Shown here piece after piece: positions 37,329-49,448 of a DNA stretch of 64,000 nucleotides. The notes below the pieces were generated by a model. That model ran no database searches. It was given only the letters and a program-made list of their open reading frames with translations, and was not told the DNA's origin. Within the stretch, counting starts at the first letter, position 1; each line of letters begins with the position of its first letter. A program made the position numbers and the translations under genes. Origin of the DNA: Vitrella brassicaformis CCMP3155 (Eukaryota > Protista > Chromerida); contig CDMY01000508.1 of NCBI GenBank assembly GCA_001179505.1, positions 26,091 to 90,090 of the forward strand, read 5' to 3'.

Positions 37329-40300
37329 GTGGACGTCTCAGTAAACATCTCGGCTCTTTGTCGATGCATCCCTGGTTATGCTGGTGAAGGGCAAAACTGC
37401 ACCAAGTGCGAGGCAGGATCATTTTCCAATGACATTGTCGGCACCTCTCAATGTCATCGCTGCGGCGTTGGATCCAGTGAGAGGAAACAGCCAATAAGAG
37501 AGCCTAAAAAGAGCTGTCGCATCATCTGCACACCATCTGTTCTCTCTCTCTCTGTCTTGCCTTTAGACTCTCCGGCCGGTGCTAGAGGGTGTGGGTGCAT
37601 TGAAGGCTACTTCAACGACACCGACGGCATATGTCAGCGGAACTGTGTCAAGGGCTCTTTCTTGAACGAGTCTGGAATATGTCAGCCGTGCCCTGCAGGT
37701 TAGCAGATTGTGCATCGGCTCTGACGAATGCAATAAAAGAAAGGCACCCAAGAAGAGACATAGAGCATGGAGAGTTGCATTATTTGCAGGCCAGTATGGC
37801 GACATACAGCCGAAAGACTTGGGAAAGGCAATTTGCAAAGAGTGTGGAGCGGATCTCAATTCGACTGAAGGCAGCTCAGGAGAGGACGCTTGCTACTGCA
37901 CGAAGGGTTTTATCAAGTAAGTCGACAGGATGCAGCCAACGCGCAAAGCATGCTATCTGTCTGTGTCTTTTTTTTGTGTTTGGGGCAGAAACAGCAACAA
38001 GCTCAAATGCGAGAAGTGTGCTGAGGGCATCGATTGCGACTCACCAGTAATGAATCGCTCTATGGTGCGCACACAGCAGGGATTCTACCTGCTCAAAGAC
38101 ACCAACGACACCGAAACGACAACGTAAGGGGGATAACGTAAAGAGATGCAAGGCTTGTTGTCACGCCTGCTGTAGTACGATGCGCAGGTATGCTGCTGGC
38201 CGCACAGAGCTGCCTGTGCTTATTTCTTGCCCGTTCAAAAAGGCTTGCCTGAGCACAGATGACGACACCGGACTCACCAAATGCGCGGTAGTCATCAAGT
38301 CCCATTCAGAAAGATCGCCAGCTGTCTCACAGCTATCTGTCTCTGCTTCTTTGCGTCCCTGTCTCTCTCCTGGTGTGTGTGTAGGAGGGCCATCACGGGT
38401 TTGTATGTGGCTTATGTGAGGATGGCTATGCGAGTCAGGGACCACTGCAGCCATGCCTCCAGTGTGCGTCGCTGGGCGTGAACATTCTCGCTGCTGCAGC
38501 ACTGGTTTCTGTGACTTTTGCTCTTGTATTTATCTTGACATCTCTTGCACAAAGGTACAGTGACGACATTCACAGAGGTATCACGCATGGTGTTCTCTCG
38601 CGGGCAGTTCTGGCGCAAGGCCTAGAGACGATGTCCAAGCTGTGCTCTGCAAGCTGACTCTGAACCATGTGACATCGGTACACGCATCAATCAGCTCTCT
38701 GATCGTTGGAAAACGAAGATTTTCTCGGCAGATAAGCGTGTTGGCGATGCTGGTCTTTTCCATGTCTCACGACGACGAGCGGTTTTCGGTTTGGGTGAAA
38801 TCCTCATCGCGCCCGTTTACGTGGGACGGGGGCTTGCCGCTCGCGTATACCAGCTGGGACTGTCTTATACGGCTTGTACGGGATGACATGAGGGACACAG
38901 CGGTGCTGTGGAGGCATGCCGTGTGGATTGTTATCCCTCTACTGTGTCTGATTGTCATGCCCATCATCGCCGCGCTGTTCGCGTGGGGCGCCGGATGCGT
39001 CAAGCGCTGCTGTCCCCAGAGTGTCACTGAGAGAGCACCGCTCCGCCAGGATACCATCCACATTTGGACTGGGTCTGTAGCTGACTGGTGCGGTAAAGTG
39101 AAGAAAGCTGTGGACCAGCAAGCGGAGCTGCTGATCGTCATACTGACCTTCACGCATCCCACGGTCACAAGGAACATGCTGATGCTGCTGCGATGTCGAC
39201 CGTACCCGTCCTTGGATGAAGCCAATACGGTGACAATGCGGTTGCGGCCGGATGTGAATCCGAATTTGTTGTGCCATTCATGGCCTCACAAGCTGTTTGC
39301 ACTGATCGGCATTGCTGGCTTGGTTCTGTGGAGCTTCTCACCTGTAATTGCCGGCGTGGTGTTGCTGCGCTACCTTCGTGAAAGTCTACACTCATCCAAG
39401 ATGCGTTTGGTATGCAAAGGACACAGAACATTGAAACGAGGAATGCAGACGCATGATTGTGTGCATGCCCCTGTGTGTGTGTGCGTCTTTTGCTTTTCTC
39501 ACATTGTCAGAGGTTCGGTTTTCTGTATCAGGTAAGACTGGAAGGTCAGGAATGCGTGCAATGATGCCAAGACGTCCCGCACCTGTGTTTCGCAAGGGAT
39601 ATAAACATGGATACGCCTACTGGGTGAGAACGCATCTCCTAGAAGACTCGTCTCAGAAGAGTCGCCTTTGCATTCTCCTCTCTCCCTGTGCGTGCAGGAC
39701 GCCGCCTTTGCCTTGAGGTCACCCGTGTCTGTGTATGCCACTTTTCTCACGTTTCTGCCGCATTTGTGCAGGCGCGTGTTGGTGCTGTTGGTCGCTCATA
39801 TGGCTGTGGGCAATCCAGGCTTTCAGCTTGTTGGGTGGAGTATCATTGCGGTCATCTGCTTACATGTCCATATGCTCGTGAAACCATTCGACCATCGACA
39901 CATGGACCTCTTGAACCGCGTGGAGGCTCGGGGGCTCCTCACCTGGCTGGTTTCCATTATGCTGCTGTCTGTCATTATCCACGGCGAAACCAATGACTAC
40001 GTCAGTGCCACACTGTTGCTGCTGGCGATGATGCTCAACCTTTATCATTACCTTATTCTCGTGTGGCTGATATGCCACAACGGCCTTTGTGACTTGGCCG
40101 AAACCAAAGAAAAGCCCTCGACACGATCGCCGGCCCGTCGCACGACATTCGGTGAGTGGAACAATCGTCTCAAGCCCGCCACCACTCACCGTCCACTCGA
40201 TGGCTTTCTTGTGTAGGGTGGCTGACAGCGACCTCCTGGCGACGCTGCCTGCAGCCAATTTGTCGGCCAGCGGCGGGGTGTCTGTCCCATTTCCTCGCCT

Positions 40301-41750
40301 GGCACACCCGGCGAGCCGAAAAACAACGCGGAGCATATGGCAAGGTGTTTCTGGACTGGGAGAGCGGCAAACTGTCATGGACCGAAGAAGGCGGCGATAA
40401 TGTCACGTCATCGCGTGGCCTCTACAGCCCCCGCAGGAGGCGGCGTTACGGCGGCGTCGCTGATTTCCTGCGGACGCTGTGGCATGGCCGCAGCAGCGAG
40501 TGGCGTCTGGCGAGGAGGAGCGCACTGATGTTGCGAATGCTGAGTGCAGCCGTGGAGGAGGCCACCGATCGACTGCAAATCAGAGATGTCAGCGTGACTA
40601 CGGCGGTGTCGTCTACTCACATCTTCTACTGGACTTCCTTTCTCACATCAGGTTCCATTGGACTTCCTTGACTTCCTATTGTGCTGGGCATTTTACTTGA
40701 CTTCCCCATACATGAAGAAGCAAGTAAGACGGACAGAAGCAGCATTGATGGTTACCCTTGTGGTCGTTTTTCTGTAGTGTCGGCTTCGGTGGGAGTCGAC
40801 CGTGTCTTCTGACCGACAGTATGAAGTTCGACGTCGAAGCGCAAGAGGTGGATGGATGCCTCTGATGATTTCCCACACGAATCATTCTGCGCTGGCTGCC
40901 TGTACGCGGGCAGGTGGCAGTCAGGGCCATCCGACCAACAACGGCCTAAGAAGCGATTCTACAGCACAGGAGCGCAGATAGATGAGAGAGCTTTCATAGA
41001 CGCTGGGAGGTGAGCACAGAAAGGCGTCCACAGAGGCGACAGTGAGGTCTACATCAATAGAGCACACGGCCGGGTGCAGATTTGCACAAGAGTGCCAACG
41101 GCAGGGAAGAGAAGGCATGACACTTCACGATCTGCAGGTGAGCAGGCACACGATAGCAATACCACGTCAGTATATTCTTTTCTGTGTGTTGTCAGTCGAA
41201 GCTCCTTCTTGTCGTGGACGAGTTGGTCACTCACCAGCATGATTATGACGAATCCATTTGCCGCAGAGCCAGGACAAGACAGCACGTCAGGAGTCTGTCA
41301 GGGGCTGTTTTGATCACTCAGTATTCGAGCAGCAGTGAGTTTGAGGTTGACGCTGACGTGGGAGGCTGGCGTCAGCTATACAAGACTTATGACAAGGCCA
41401 AGCAGAGGATGAGACACGCCACATCACAGACAGTAAACGACACATACACAGGGGAACCAAAACTGTGCATTGCGCTTCTTTCTTTGCAGGGCAATGGCCC
41501 TGATGACGATGACAGTGAGCCGCCAACAGACGTACGGGGGATAAAACGCCGACAATGCGTTCACTGACAGACACGTGTCTATGCTTTCTTTTCCCTTTTA
41601 TGTCAGGTGAATGGCCATGGACAAGGCGAAGACGCACAGCTCAGAGAGCCTGCTGATGGAGAGCGGGTGCTGGCGGTTGACGTCTCGTGTGCGGATGGGA
41701 GCGAGCCGGCTGGACGTACGGTGGAGGCTTCAATGGACGAAGACACGTGA
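37329..41750 (+). CDS. CRMP-like Cys-rich (EGF/GCC2-GCC3) + multi-TM receptor lacking its N-terminal LRR part
   Basis: CRCIPGYAGEGQNCTKCEAGSF, CGCIEGYF, CVPCPAG-like repeats. TM region with ILTFTHPTVTRNMLMLLRCRPY, GY..GY.YW, PFDHRHMDLLNRVE. Boundaries approximate. Confidence 0.75.
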
Positions 41751-42785
41751 GTACGGCATGAGTCTTGTAACACACTGACTAGCCACGTACCTTGTGTACG
41801 TATCATCCGGGTATGTTTTTCTCTGCCTTGCGAGCTTTTCTTTTTCTTTGTGAGCGCTTTCTTCTTCTGTGTGTGTATGTGTGTGTGTGTGTGTGTGTCT
41901 GGGTGTTCATGCAATGTGAAGCCAGATGAACGGGCAGGTTTCGACGAACGAAGATATAGAGGAGTAGGCCATAAGTATTCTAACACTGATCGGAGACATA
42001 GGAGGGCACATAGGAGTGTGCACTGATCGTGTTTGCTATGTTTTCTCCCTCGTGAGGCCCTATTTTTCTTCGTGGTGCCCTTTGTCTAGTTGCTCACGTG
42101 TCGTGTGCGTGTAGCACCCATTGTCTGGCATGTCACGGGAGGGGTTATTTGTTTAGTTGTTCAGACATGCCATCTGTGAGTCGGGGACAGTCATATATAA
42201 CCGACTCGGTCCATACGTGACAGGGACGGAAATGCAAGACGCGATAGTGCGAAACAATGCCTCCCATTATAGACACAGCCTATCTTTCTCAGAGACAACA
42301 AATCCCTTCGCACAAACCGTTTTCCTCCACCCAGACAAAGTTAAGTGAGAGAGCGAATTTTTCTGGCCAAGTGGTGGATGTGGGATAGCACATGTGATGA
42401 GCCTTTATATGCGCTATCCACCACTCCCTTCTCACTGATCGTCTTCGAGAATCAGCTTTTACTAGTCTTGTATCGGTGGACCTATGGAGTTCAACGCCAA
42501 AGTCAGATGCATGTTTTTGTGCCTCTCTGTCTGTCTCTGTGTGTGGCAGCACACAAGTGATGGGCTGTGCTGGCTGCACATCACTGTACACATGTTCGGG
42601 TGTTGTTTGTATACAACAGGGTGACTCCCTGACGGACGGTCGTGTCAATCTAGTTGAATGGCCCATGGACAAGATGAAACGCACTCACTCCACTAGCACT
42701 TCAACATCAGCAGTCTTCCTTCATTCACACCGGACACACACCCATCACTCGTCACTCACCCGGACACACACCCGTCACCCATCAC

Positions 42786-43620
42786 TCACCCAATCTTGCT
42801 CTCCTCCTCCTCTGCCTTCGGCGACATGTCAGCGATCAGTTGAACACCAGATGCATAGGGGAAATTCATTGGGTTTGCTTGCTCCATGCCGAATCTCTTG
42901 AGTATCTTGTCAATGTACTTCTCTTGTGTGACCGTCAGGTTCCTCTTTTGTCGGTTTCGGGTGATTTTGAGCCTATGAACATCCACCTCATTCAGATCCT
43001 TCATCACAAACACACTCAACAGCTACTGCTTAAACCAGGTGACCCCCTCTTGTTCGCTGACAATGAGGATATCACCAATGAACACCACAAGAAGGATGTT
43101 GTCGGCCTTGTGCATGTACGCGCAGTGCTCCTGGGCGTGACGGGTGAATCCTCGGTGGACCAATTCGTTGTGGAGGGTAATGTTCCAGGCTCGTGGGGCT
43201 TCCTTGAAACCGTACAGGGCCTTCCTGAGTCTCACGACGTGGCCGGGCTTCTCGTACCCAGGTGGGCACCGTATAGGGACAGGCTTGTCTAACGGCGCGT
43301 TGAGGAATGCTATATTGACATCCATCTGATGGATCTCCAGGTTAAGTTGGTTCGCCAGGGCTTGCATCGCTCGAACCACATGGTACGGCGTGGGCGAGAA
43401 CACGTCATCCACTCGATTGCCGTCTTATTCGAATCCTCTTGCCACAATGCGTGCCTGATACTTGTCAGACTTGCGGGCAAATACCTATCGAGATGACATG
43501 ATTTTGGTCGTGGCTGCTGCCGCCTCTGGTATGTACTCGAACACACCGAGGTCTTCAATTTACTGCATTTCGCGATCCATCGCTTCTTTCCAATGGCTTG
43601 CCGCTGTTGACTGACTGACG
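42786..43620 (-). mobile_element. Ty1/copia reverse transcriptase remnant with several stops
   Basis: HWKEAMDREM, ARIVARGF, HQMDVNIAFLN, LRKALYGFKEAPRAW, TQEKYIDKILKRFGM. The YVDD motif has decayed to FIGD. Confidence 0.9.
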
Positions 43621-43826
43621 CCCCCCCACAGCCTCCCCCTCCCCCTCCATACCCTCCGGATCCTCCCGACACGCCATCTCCCGACCCGCCGGACCCGCAC
43701 GCGCCCTCCCCCGAGGCCGACGACTCCCCCAGCGACCCCTCTGTTCGCACGGACTTGTTCGTATCGAGGTTTGGCCTAGCGGCCGCGAGCTGTCGATCGA
43801 TTTCTGCGTCACTGACGCTGACGCTC

Positions 43827-44120
43827 GCTGCAATCAGGGCAAGACCACCGCTACGATCACCCGCGAGAGGCTGCAATCAGGGCAAGACCACCGCTACGAT
43901 CACCCGCGAGAGGAAGAAGATGAAGAAGGACCATCACCTCGACGTGTGCCGGCTCAATCGCATGGACTTCACGGCGTTCATCGTGGCGTGTGACGGCGTG
44001 TACGGGCGGGAGGCCGATCGCTTCATTCGTCGCCTCGCCGAGCTCATCAATAAGAGGGCAGGATGGGACAAGTATGGGAACCAAGCGGGTGGAGCAATTG
44101 AGCATTGCAAGGTGACCTTG
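43827..44120 (+). mobile_element. Third RLE-type non-LTR tail, a different family, with a 43-bp tandem duplication at its 5' edge
   Basis: RERKKMKKDHHLDVCRLNRMDFTAFIVACDGVYGREADRFIRRLAELI resembles the RLE C-terminal motif. Duplicated segment at 43827-43869 and 43870-43912. Confidence 0.55.
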
Positions 44121-44575
44121 GGATGGCCCGTCTGTGTGTGGTGGGTGGCCTGCTGTGCGGCAGCGTCGCCCTCGTCGACTCTCGGCAGCTGGATGTACCA
44201 CCCCTCACCAACACCACTGGGGCGGCTGTGGCCATCTCTGCCACTGCCGCACCCCTGGCCTTGCAACAATCGGGGGGTCCGCTGGCCGCGCAGGAAGCCC
44301 GACATCTCTCCCAGGGGCCACTCTCTGAGACCGGGGGCGGGCTGGGGGTCCGGTCTTCAAGTTCCTCTCGGCCATCACTGACGGAGCTGCTCCAGGAGCT
44401 GTTTTCGTCCTTCCTCTCTGGCCTCTTCGCTGTGGGGGTCCCGTTGTATGTGTTCTGGCTGCTCGTCTGGACGGTGTAGCCTTTCTGTTTCCGAGGTTAC
44501 CGTATTTCTCTTTCGAAAGCCCAAGTTGAACCCCCCCCCGGCCTTTCGTGACATTCATCAGCAGTCGTAACAGCG

Positions 44576-45295
44576 ATGGGAGCCAACAACTCGTTGTCCA
44601 GCTGCTGCCAGCGCCCCAAGGTGGACACCGATAACGAACAGACGGTGAGCAGAGCGACAAAGGTGTAGCTGTTGTTTTTTCCCACTGCGCGCAAGGCATC
44701 CATCAAGGTGGGCTGACCACACAGACGTCGTGTCTCCACCTCTCTGGCACCCATGTGTTGTGTGTTCCCCCCTTCATCCCTTTCCTCAGTACAAGTTCGA
44801 GAACGGTGAGGAAGGCGAGGTTGACGTGCCCCTGCAGGTCGACGAGCGGGCGGGGGCCGGCAAGAGGAAGGCCCGGCTCAAGTTTGTCGTCAACGGCGAT
44901 CCCGATGACCCGTCGACGTGTACCTCAACAACTTCGTCAAGACGCACAAGGACATCAACCTCACCGTGGCCAAGGTGGACAAGCCCATGTACACACTCAA
45001 CGGACAGGAGGCGTTTCTCACCGAGAAGGACGGCGTCGTCGTAATTCGGGACGGAACCGCGTGGAAACCATTCATGGTCACCCTTAGTTCAGCACGACCC
45101 ACCAGAGAGCCAGCCAGACACCCATCCATCCATCCATCCATACACAAACCTGTGTCTGTGTGTGTTGGGGTCGGTCAGAAGTTCATAGCTGAGGCTGTGT
45201 CAGGTGAGGGCGAGGTTCACGTGCCCCTGCAGGTCGACGAGCCAGCTCGAGAGGGCGGCCAGGGCGGAGAGGGAGGGAAGGTGGTGCAGCAGTGA
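44576..45295 (+). CDS. Small N-terminally acylated protein (MGANNSLSSCC), apparently with a frameshift
   Basis: MGxxxS plus Cys-Cys, GTGAG intron after 44644, high-GC3 exon 44790-45060 with a frame change near 44910. Confidence 0.55.
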
Positions 45296-46467
45296 ATTCA
45301 CTCACACTAGCGAGGGCGTGAGTGGATGCCGACTGGTCCGTCTCGGTCAGTCCCTTGTTTGTGGGTGGGTGTCAGTCTGGCTGCCATGTGTGTGGTGTGA
45401 TGTGATGCTGTGCCGTGCCGTGTATTGTCGTTGGCTCGTCTGGCTGCACTGCATGTCGCTCATCTTCTTCTCGGCTAGCTTAGGCAACAAGACGTTAACC
45501 GAATAGCACACAACAAACAGAGACATGGTGGTGCCGCCGCTGGCCTCCTGCATGTGCTTCTTCCACTCCAGCTCCCAAACCTGCCTGCCTGCACCACACA
45601 CCCCTCGCATGTATATGGCCACGTGCTGTATCGTGTGCCTTTGTTGTTGGTCTGACCTTTTCTCCATAAGCCCATCCATTCATCCATGCAGACATCAAGG
45701 CGGATTGGTCATTCGGTCGTGGGTGTGGTGTGGTGCGCTATGCCGCTGACCGTCCTGCGCGTCCATGTCGTTTCCATTGCCTAGAAAGGGATCATTACGT
45801 GTGCAATGCAAGAACGTGTCTATGAGTCTGTCCTGGTGAGTGGTCGTTCCGACTGCTGTATCTCGCGCATCAGCCGCTTCTACATCAAAACACCTGCACG
45901 TAAGCACATAAGCACACGGCCATGACGCGCCCATGACGTACGCATTACGCCTGGTGCATGGGCCCGCAGTGCGCCCACCTGTTTCATTTTGTGCGTTTCT
46001 CCCTCCCTCCTCCATCCACGAAGGCAGGTCACCTTCAGACACCTGCTGGCTGGATGAGTACGTACAACGTACGCATCGTTACCCAAAGGCGCTTTGAGGG
46101 TGACGCACAACTTACGGCCTTTTGCTCAGTCAGACGCATGCATCAGCAGGCCCTCCAGCTGCGCCGTTGAAGAGCTTGTTTGTTGCCGTACGGATGCGCC
46201 TTTCACACCCGCCCGCACAAGGTGGCGAAATCCTCGCGGTGGTCATAGTCCAAATGAGCGTCGTCCGTTCTGCACGCACACAAACAGACAGAATACAGAC
46301 AGATCTGTGAGCTGAGAAGCCTTCTGGCTGCTCCTGCCTGCGTGTTTGGCCTTCCTGTGTGCGTCTGTGAGCCTCTCTGCTGCTGATCTGTGCATTCTCT
46401 GAGGGGTGTGCCTTTGGCAAATCTAAGCTCGCATCATTGACTCGTACGATCGCTCTCCTGCAGGAAG

Positions 46468-47407
46468 ATGCAGGTTGTGTTAGTGTTCCTGGAGCTGGAG
46501 CTGACCCTTTTACCCATTCAAGCAGCCCATTCATCCCACCTCGTCCAGCGGACACCGCGGCTGCTGCCAGAACGGGCTCTCCAGTGGCGGGCTCTACAGG
46601 CCAACGAGAACCACAGTGGCACCTGCACGTGGACAGACTGTACTAAGTGGAACCTGCTCTCTTCCACACCGATCTTTCGGCCCACGGGCGTCTGGGCCCC
46701 CCCAGTCGCTCATTCTGCCATTGGACACGATTGATGAGCTGTCGAGCGCTGAGTGTGGGCCGTGCGCTGCTGACGCTGATGCGCTCAGCAGGCTGGCGCT
46801 GAATAGCGGCCTGATGAACAAGACTGAGGAGGCGGCAATCTTTGGGACGGACTTCTGCTCCGTGTCTTTCATTGTGTGTATTCGACTATCTGATGGGGCT
46901 GAGGGGTACCTGCTGCTGTCGTGGGATCAGGTGGGTCAGGTGGACAGATGGGCGGCGTCCCTTAGAATTAAAAGAGGACGGTGCCTTTCCCGCCTGAAGT
47001 CTATGAGCTGAAGGCCATTCTGGGTTTGTGGATTATGAGTCTCGACTCGAGTGTCCCCTTTGAGGGCCAGCTGACGGAGGGCATTGGCAATTTAGCGACG
47101 CTGCGGCTGCTCGTATTGCAGAATGTGCGCACAAAGGACGCCGACAGGGACACAAGGATCACATTATCATGTCTCCATATGTGTGTCTCAGACACATCTC
47201 AGACACATATACGGGAGCCTACCTGTGTCGCTTGGCAACCTGACGTCTCTCAAGGTCCTGATCATTGGAGGCTCATTGCAAGGAGTCACTTTCTTAGGAC
47301 TGCTGCCCCCCGCGGGACTACAGTCCCTCCTGGGGCTCTGGATCGGTCACACCTCATTCGAGGGCTCGTTGGATGAGCTCGCCAATCTCACACAACTCAA
47401 ATATCTC
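46468..47407 (+). pseudogene. 5' half of an LRR receptor paralog, cut by satellite inside an LRR exon
   Basis: GTCTWTDCTKWNLL and FGTDFCSVSFIVCIRLSDGAEGYLLL are near-identical to the 3534-4268 exon. Frameshift near 46700. LANLTQLKYL runs straight into the repeat. Confidence 0.85.
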
Positions 47408-48755
47408 TATGCACGTGTCGACTTGGAGTGTGTGTATATGACGAATGTCTCTGTGCGCACACCTGCGCATGCACATGTCCACTTGGAGTGTATGTATCTC
47501 ATGTGTGTATCTCATGAATGTCTCTGTGCGCACACCTGTGCATGCACGTGTCGACTTGGAGTGTGTGCGCACACAGACATTGGTCACATACACGTGCATG
47601 CGCAGGTGTGCGCACGCAGACATTCATCATACGCGCACACTCCAAGTCGACACGTGCATGCACAGCGGTGCGCACACAGACATTCATCACATACACACTT
47701 TCCAAGTCGACACGTGCATGCGCAGGTGCAGGTGTGCGCACACAGACATTGGTCACATACACACTCTCCAAGTCGACACGTGCATGCGCAGGGGTGAGCA
47801 CACAGACATTCATCATACGCGCACACTCCAAGTCGACACGTGCATGCGGGGGTGTTCGCACGCAGACATTGGTCACATACACACTCTCCAAGTGGACACG
47901 TGCATGTGCAGGTGTGCGCAAGTCTCCAAGTCGACACATGCATGCGCACGTGTGCGCACGCAGACATTGGTCACATACACGTCCATGCGCAGGTGTGCGC
48001 ACGCAGACATTGGTCACATACACACTTTTCAAGTCGACACGTGCATGCGCAGGGGTCAGCACACAGCCATTGGTCACATACACACTCTCCAAGTCGACAC
48101 GTGCATGCGCAGCTGTGCGCAAGTCTCCATGTCGACACATGCATGCGCACGTGTGCGCACACAGACATTGGTCACATACACGTGCATGCGCAGGTGTGCG
48201 CACGCAGACGTTGGTCACATACACACTCTCCAAGTCGACACGTGCATGCGCAGGGGTGCGCACACAGACATTCATCATACGAGCACACTCCAAGTCGACA
48301 CGTGCATGCGCAGGGGTGCGCACGCAGACATTGGTCACATACACATTCTCCAAGTGAACACGTGCATGCGCAAGGGTGCGCACGCAGACATTGGTCACAT
48401 ACACTCTCTCCAAGTCGACACGTGGATGCGCAGGGGTGCGCACACAGACATTGATCACATACACACTCTCCAAGTCCACACGTGCATGCGCAGGTGTGCG
48501 CAAGTCTCCAAGTCGACACATGCATGCGCACGTGTGCGCACACAGACATTGGTCACATACACGTGCATGCGCTTGTGTGCGCATGCAGACGTTGGTCACA
48601 TACACACTTTTCAAGTCGACACGTGCATGCGCAGGGGTGCGCACGCAGACATTGGTCATATACACACTCTCCAAGTCGACACGTGGATGCGCAGGGGTGC
48701 GCACACAGACATTGGTCACATACACACTCTCCAAGTCGACACGTGCCTGCGCAGG
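47408..48755. repeat. 60-bp minisatellite array, B to ~47565 then A (ATTGGTCACATAC variant)
   Basis: The orientation flip occurs at a TGTGCGCACA palindrome near 47563-47572. Confidence 0.95.
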
Positions 48756-49448
48756 CTTCCAGTAGGCCTTCGAGCAGGTCGGCCTATACCATTGCCTCAC
48801 CAAGAATATTTCCGGTCGTTACAGGCACTCGTACGTCTGCATCGTGCGTCTGTATGAGATGCAGCCAGCCTGCGATGGATGAAGGCACTGGGCAGACACT
48901 ACACATCATGAGACACCCCTCGCCAACATTGTCAGACACTCCTCTACGACTACCACTGGCACACGTGGCATCACCAAGTTGTCTCTGACAGTGTGCGCAG
49001 TTCGCCGTCCTCGGCCCACTCACAATGCACCCACACACACCCCACACGCCCCTTCTGCCTGCCTGCCTCCCTCCCTCTTTGCCTGCCTGCCTGCCACGCT
49101 ACAAAGGTCTGCAGGTACGTAAGGCCTTCAGATGACCGAGTCAGTTATACAAGGCGAGGCCGCCAAAAAAGTGGCGTATGTGTCTGTGTACATCGCCATG
49201 TGCTTACATGTGCACCACTTACAATACCCGACACGAACGACACTCTGCTGCATCCAGGGAGAGATATATAGAGACGCATCGAGTACACGTCACGTGCTGT
49301 GTACGATCCGCTGACACTTGACAGATCGAGTGTATGTTTCGCCCCGTATCACTCACTCCCAGCCCACAAGACGACCCGATAGCTACAATACACCTACTAC
49401 ATTCAAAAACACCCGTCGACTACGACGCTTCTGGCAGATAGATCGCCA

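Noticed and set aside
37255-37330. Spliced copia-receptor chimeric gene
   Set aside because: The GT donor at 37259 is phase 2 while the acceptor at 37328 opens a phase 0 exon, so the join is out of frame.
48784-49047. Cys-rich ORF as a retroelement zinc knuckle
   Set aside because: The Cys/His spacing does not convincingly match CCHC; left uncalled.
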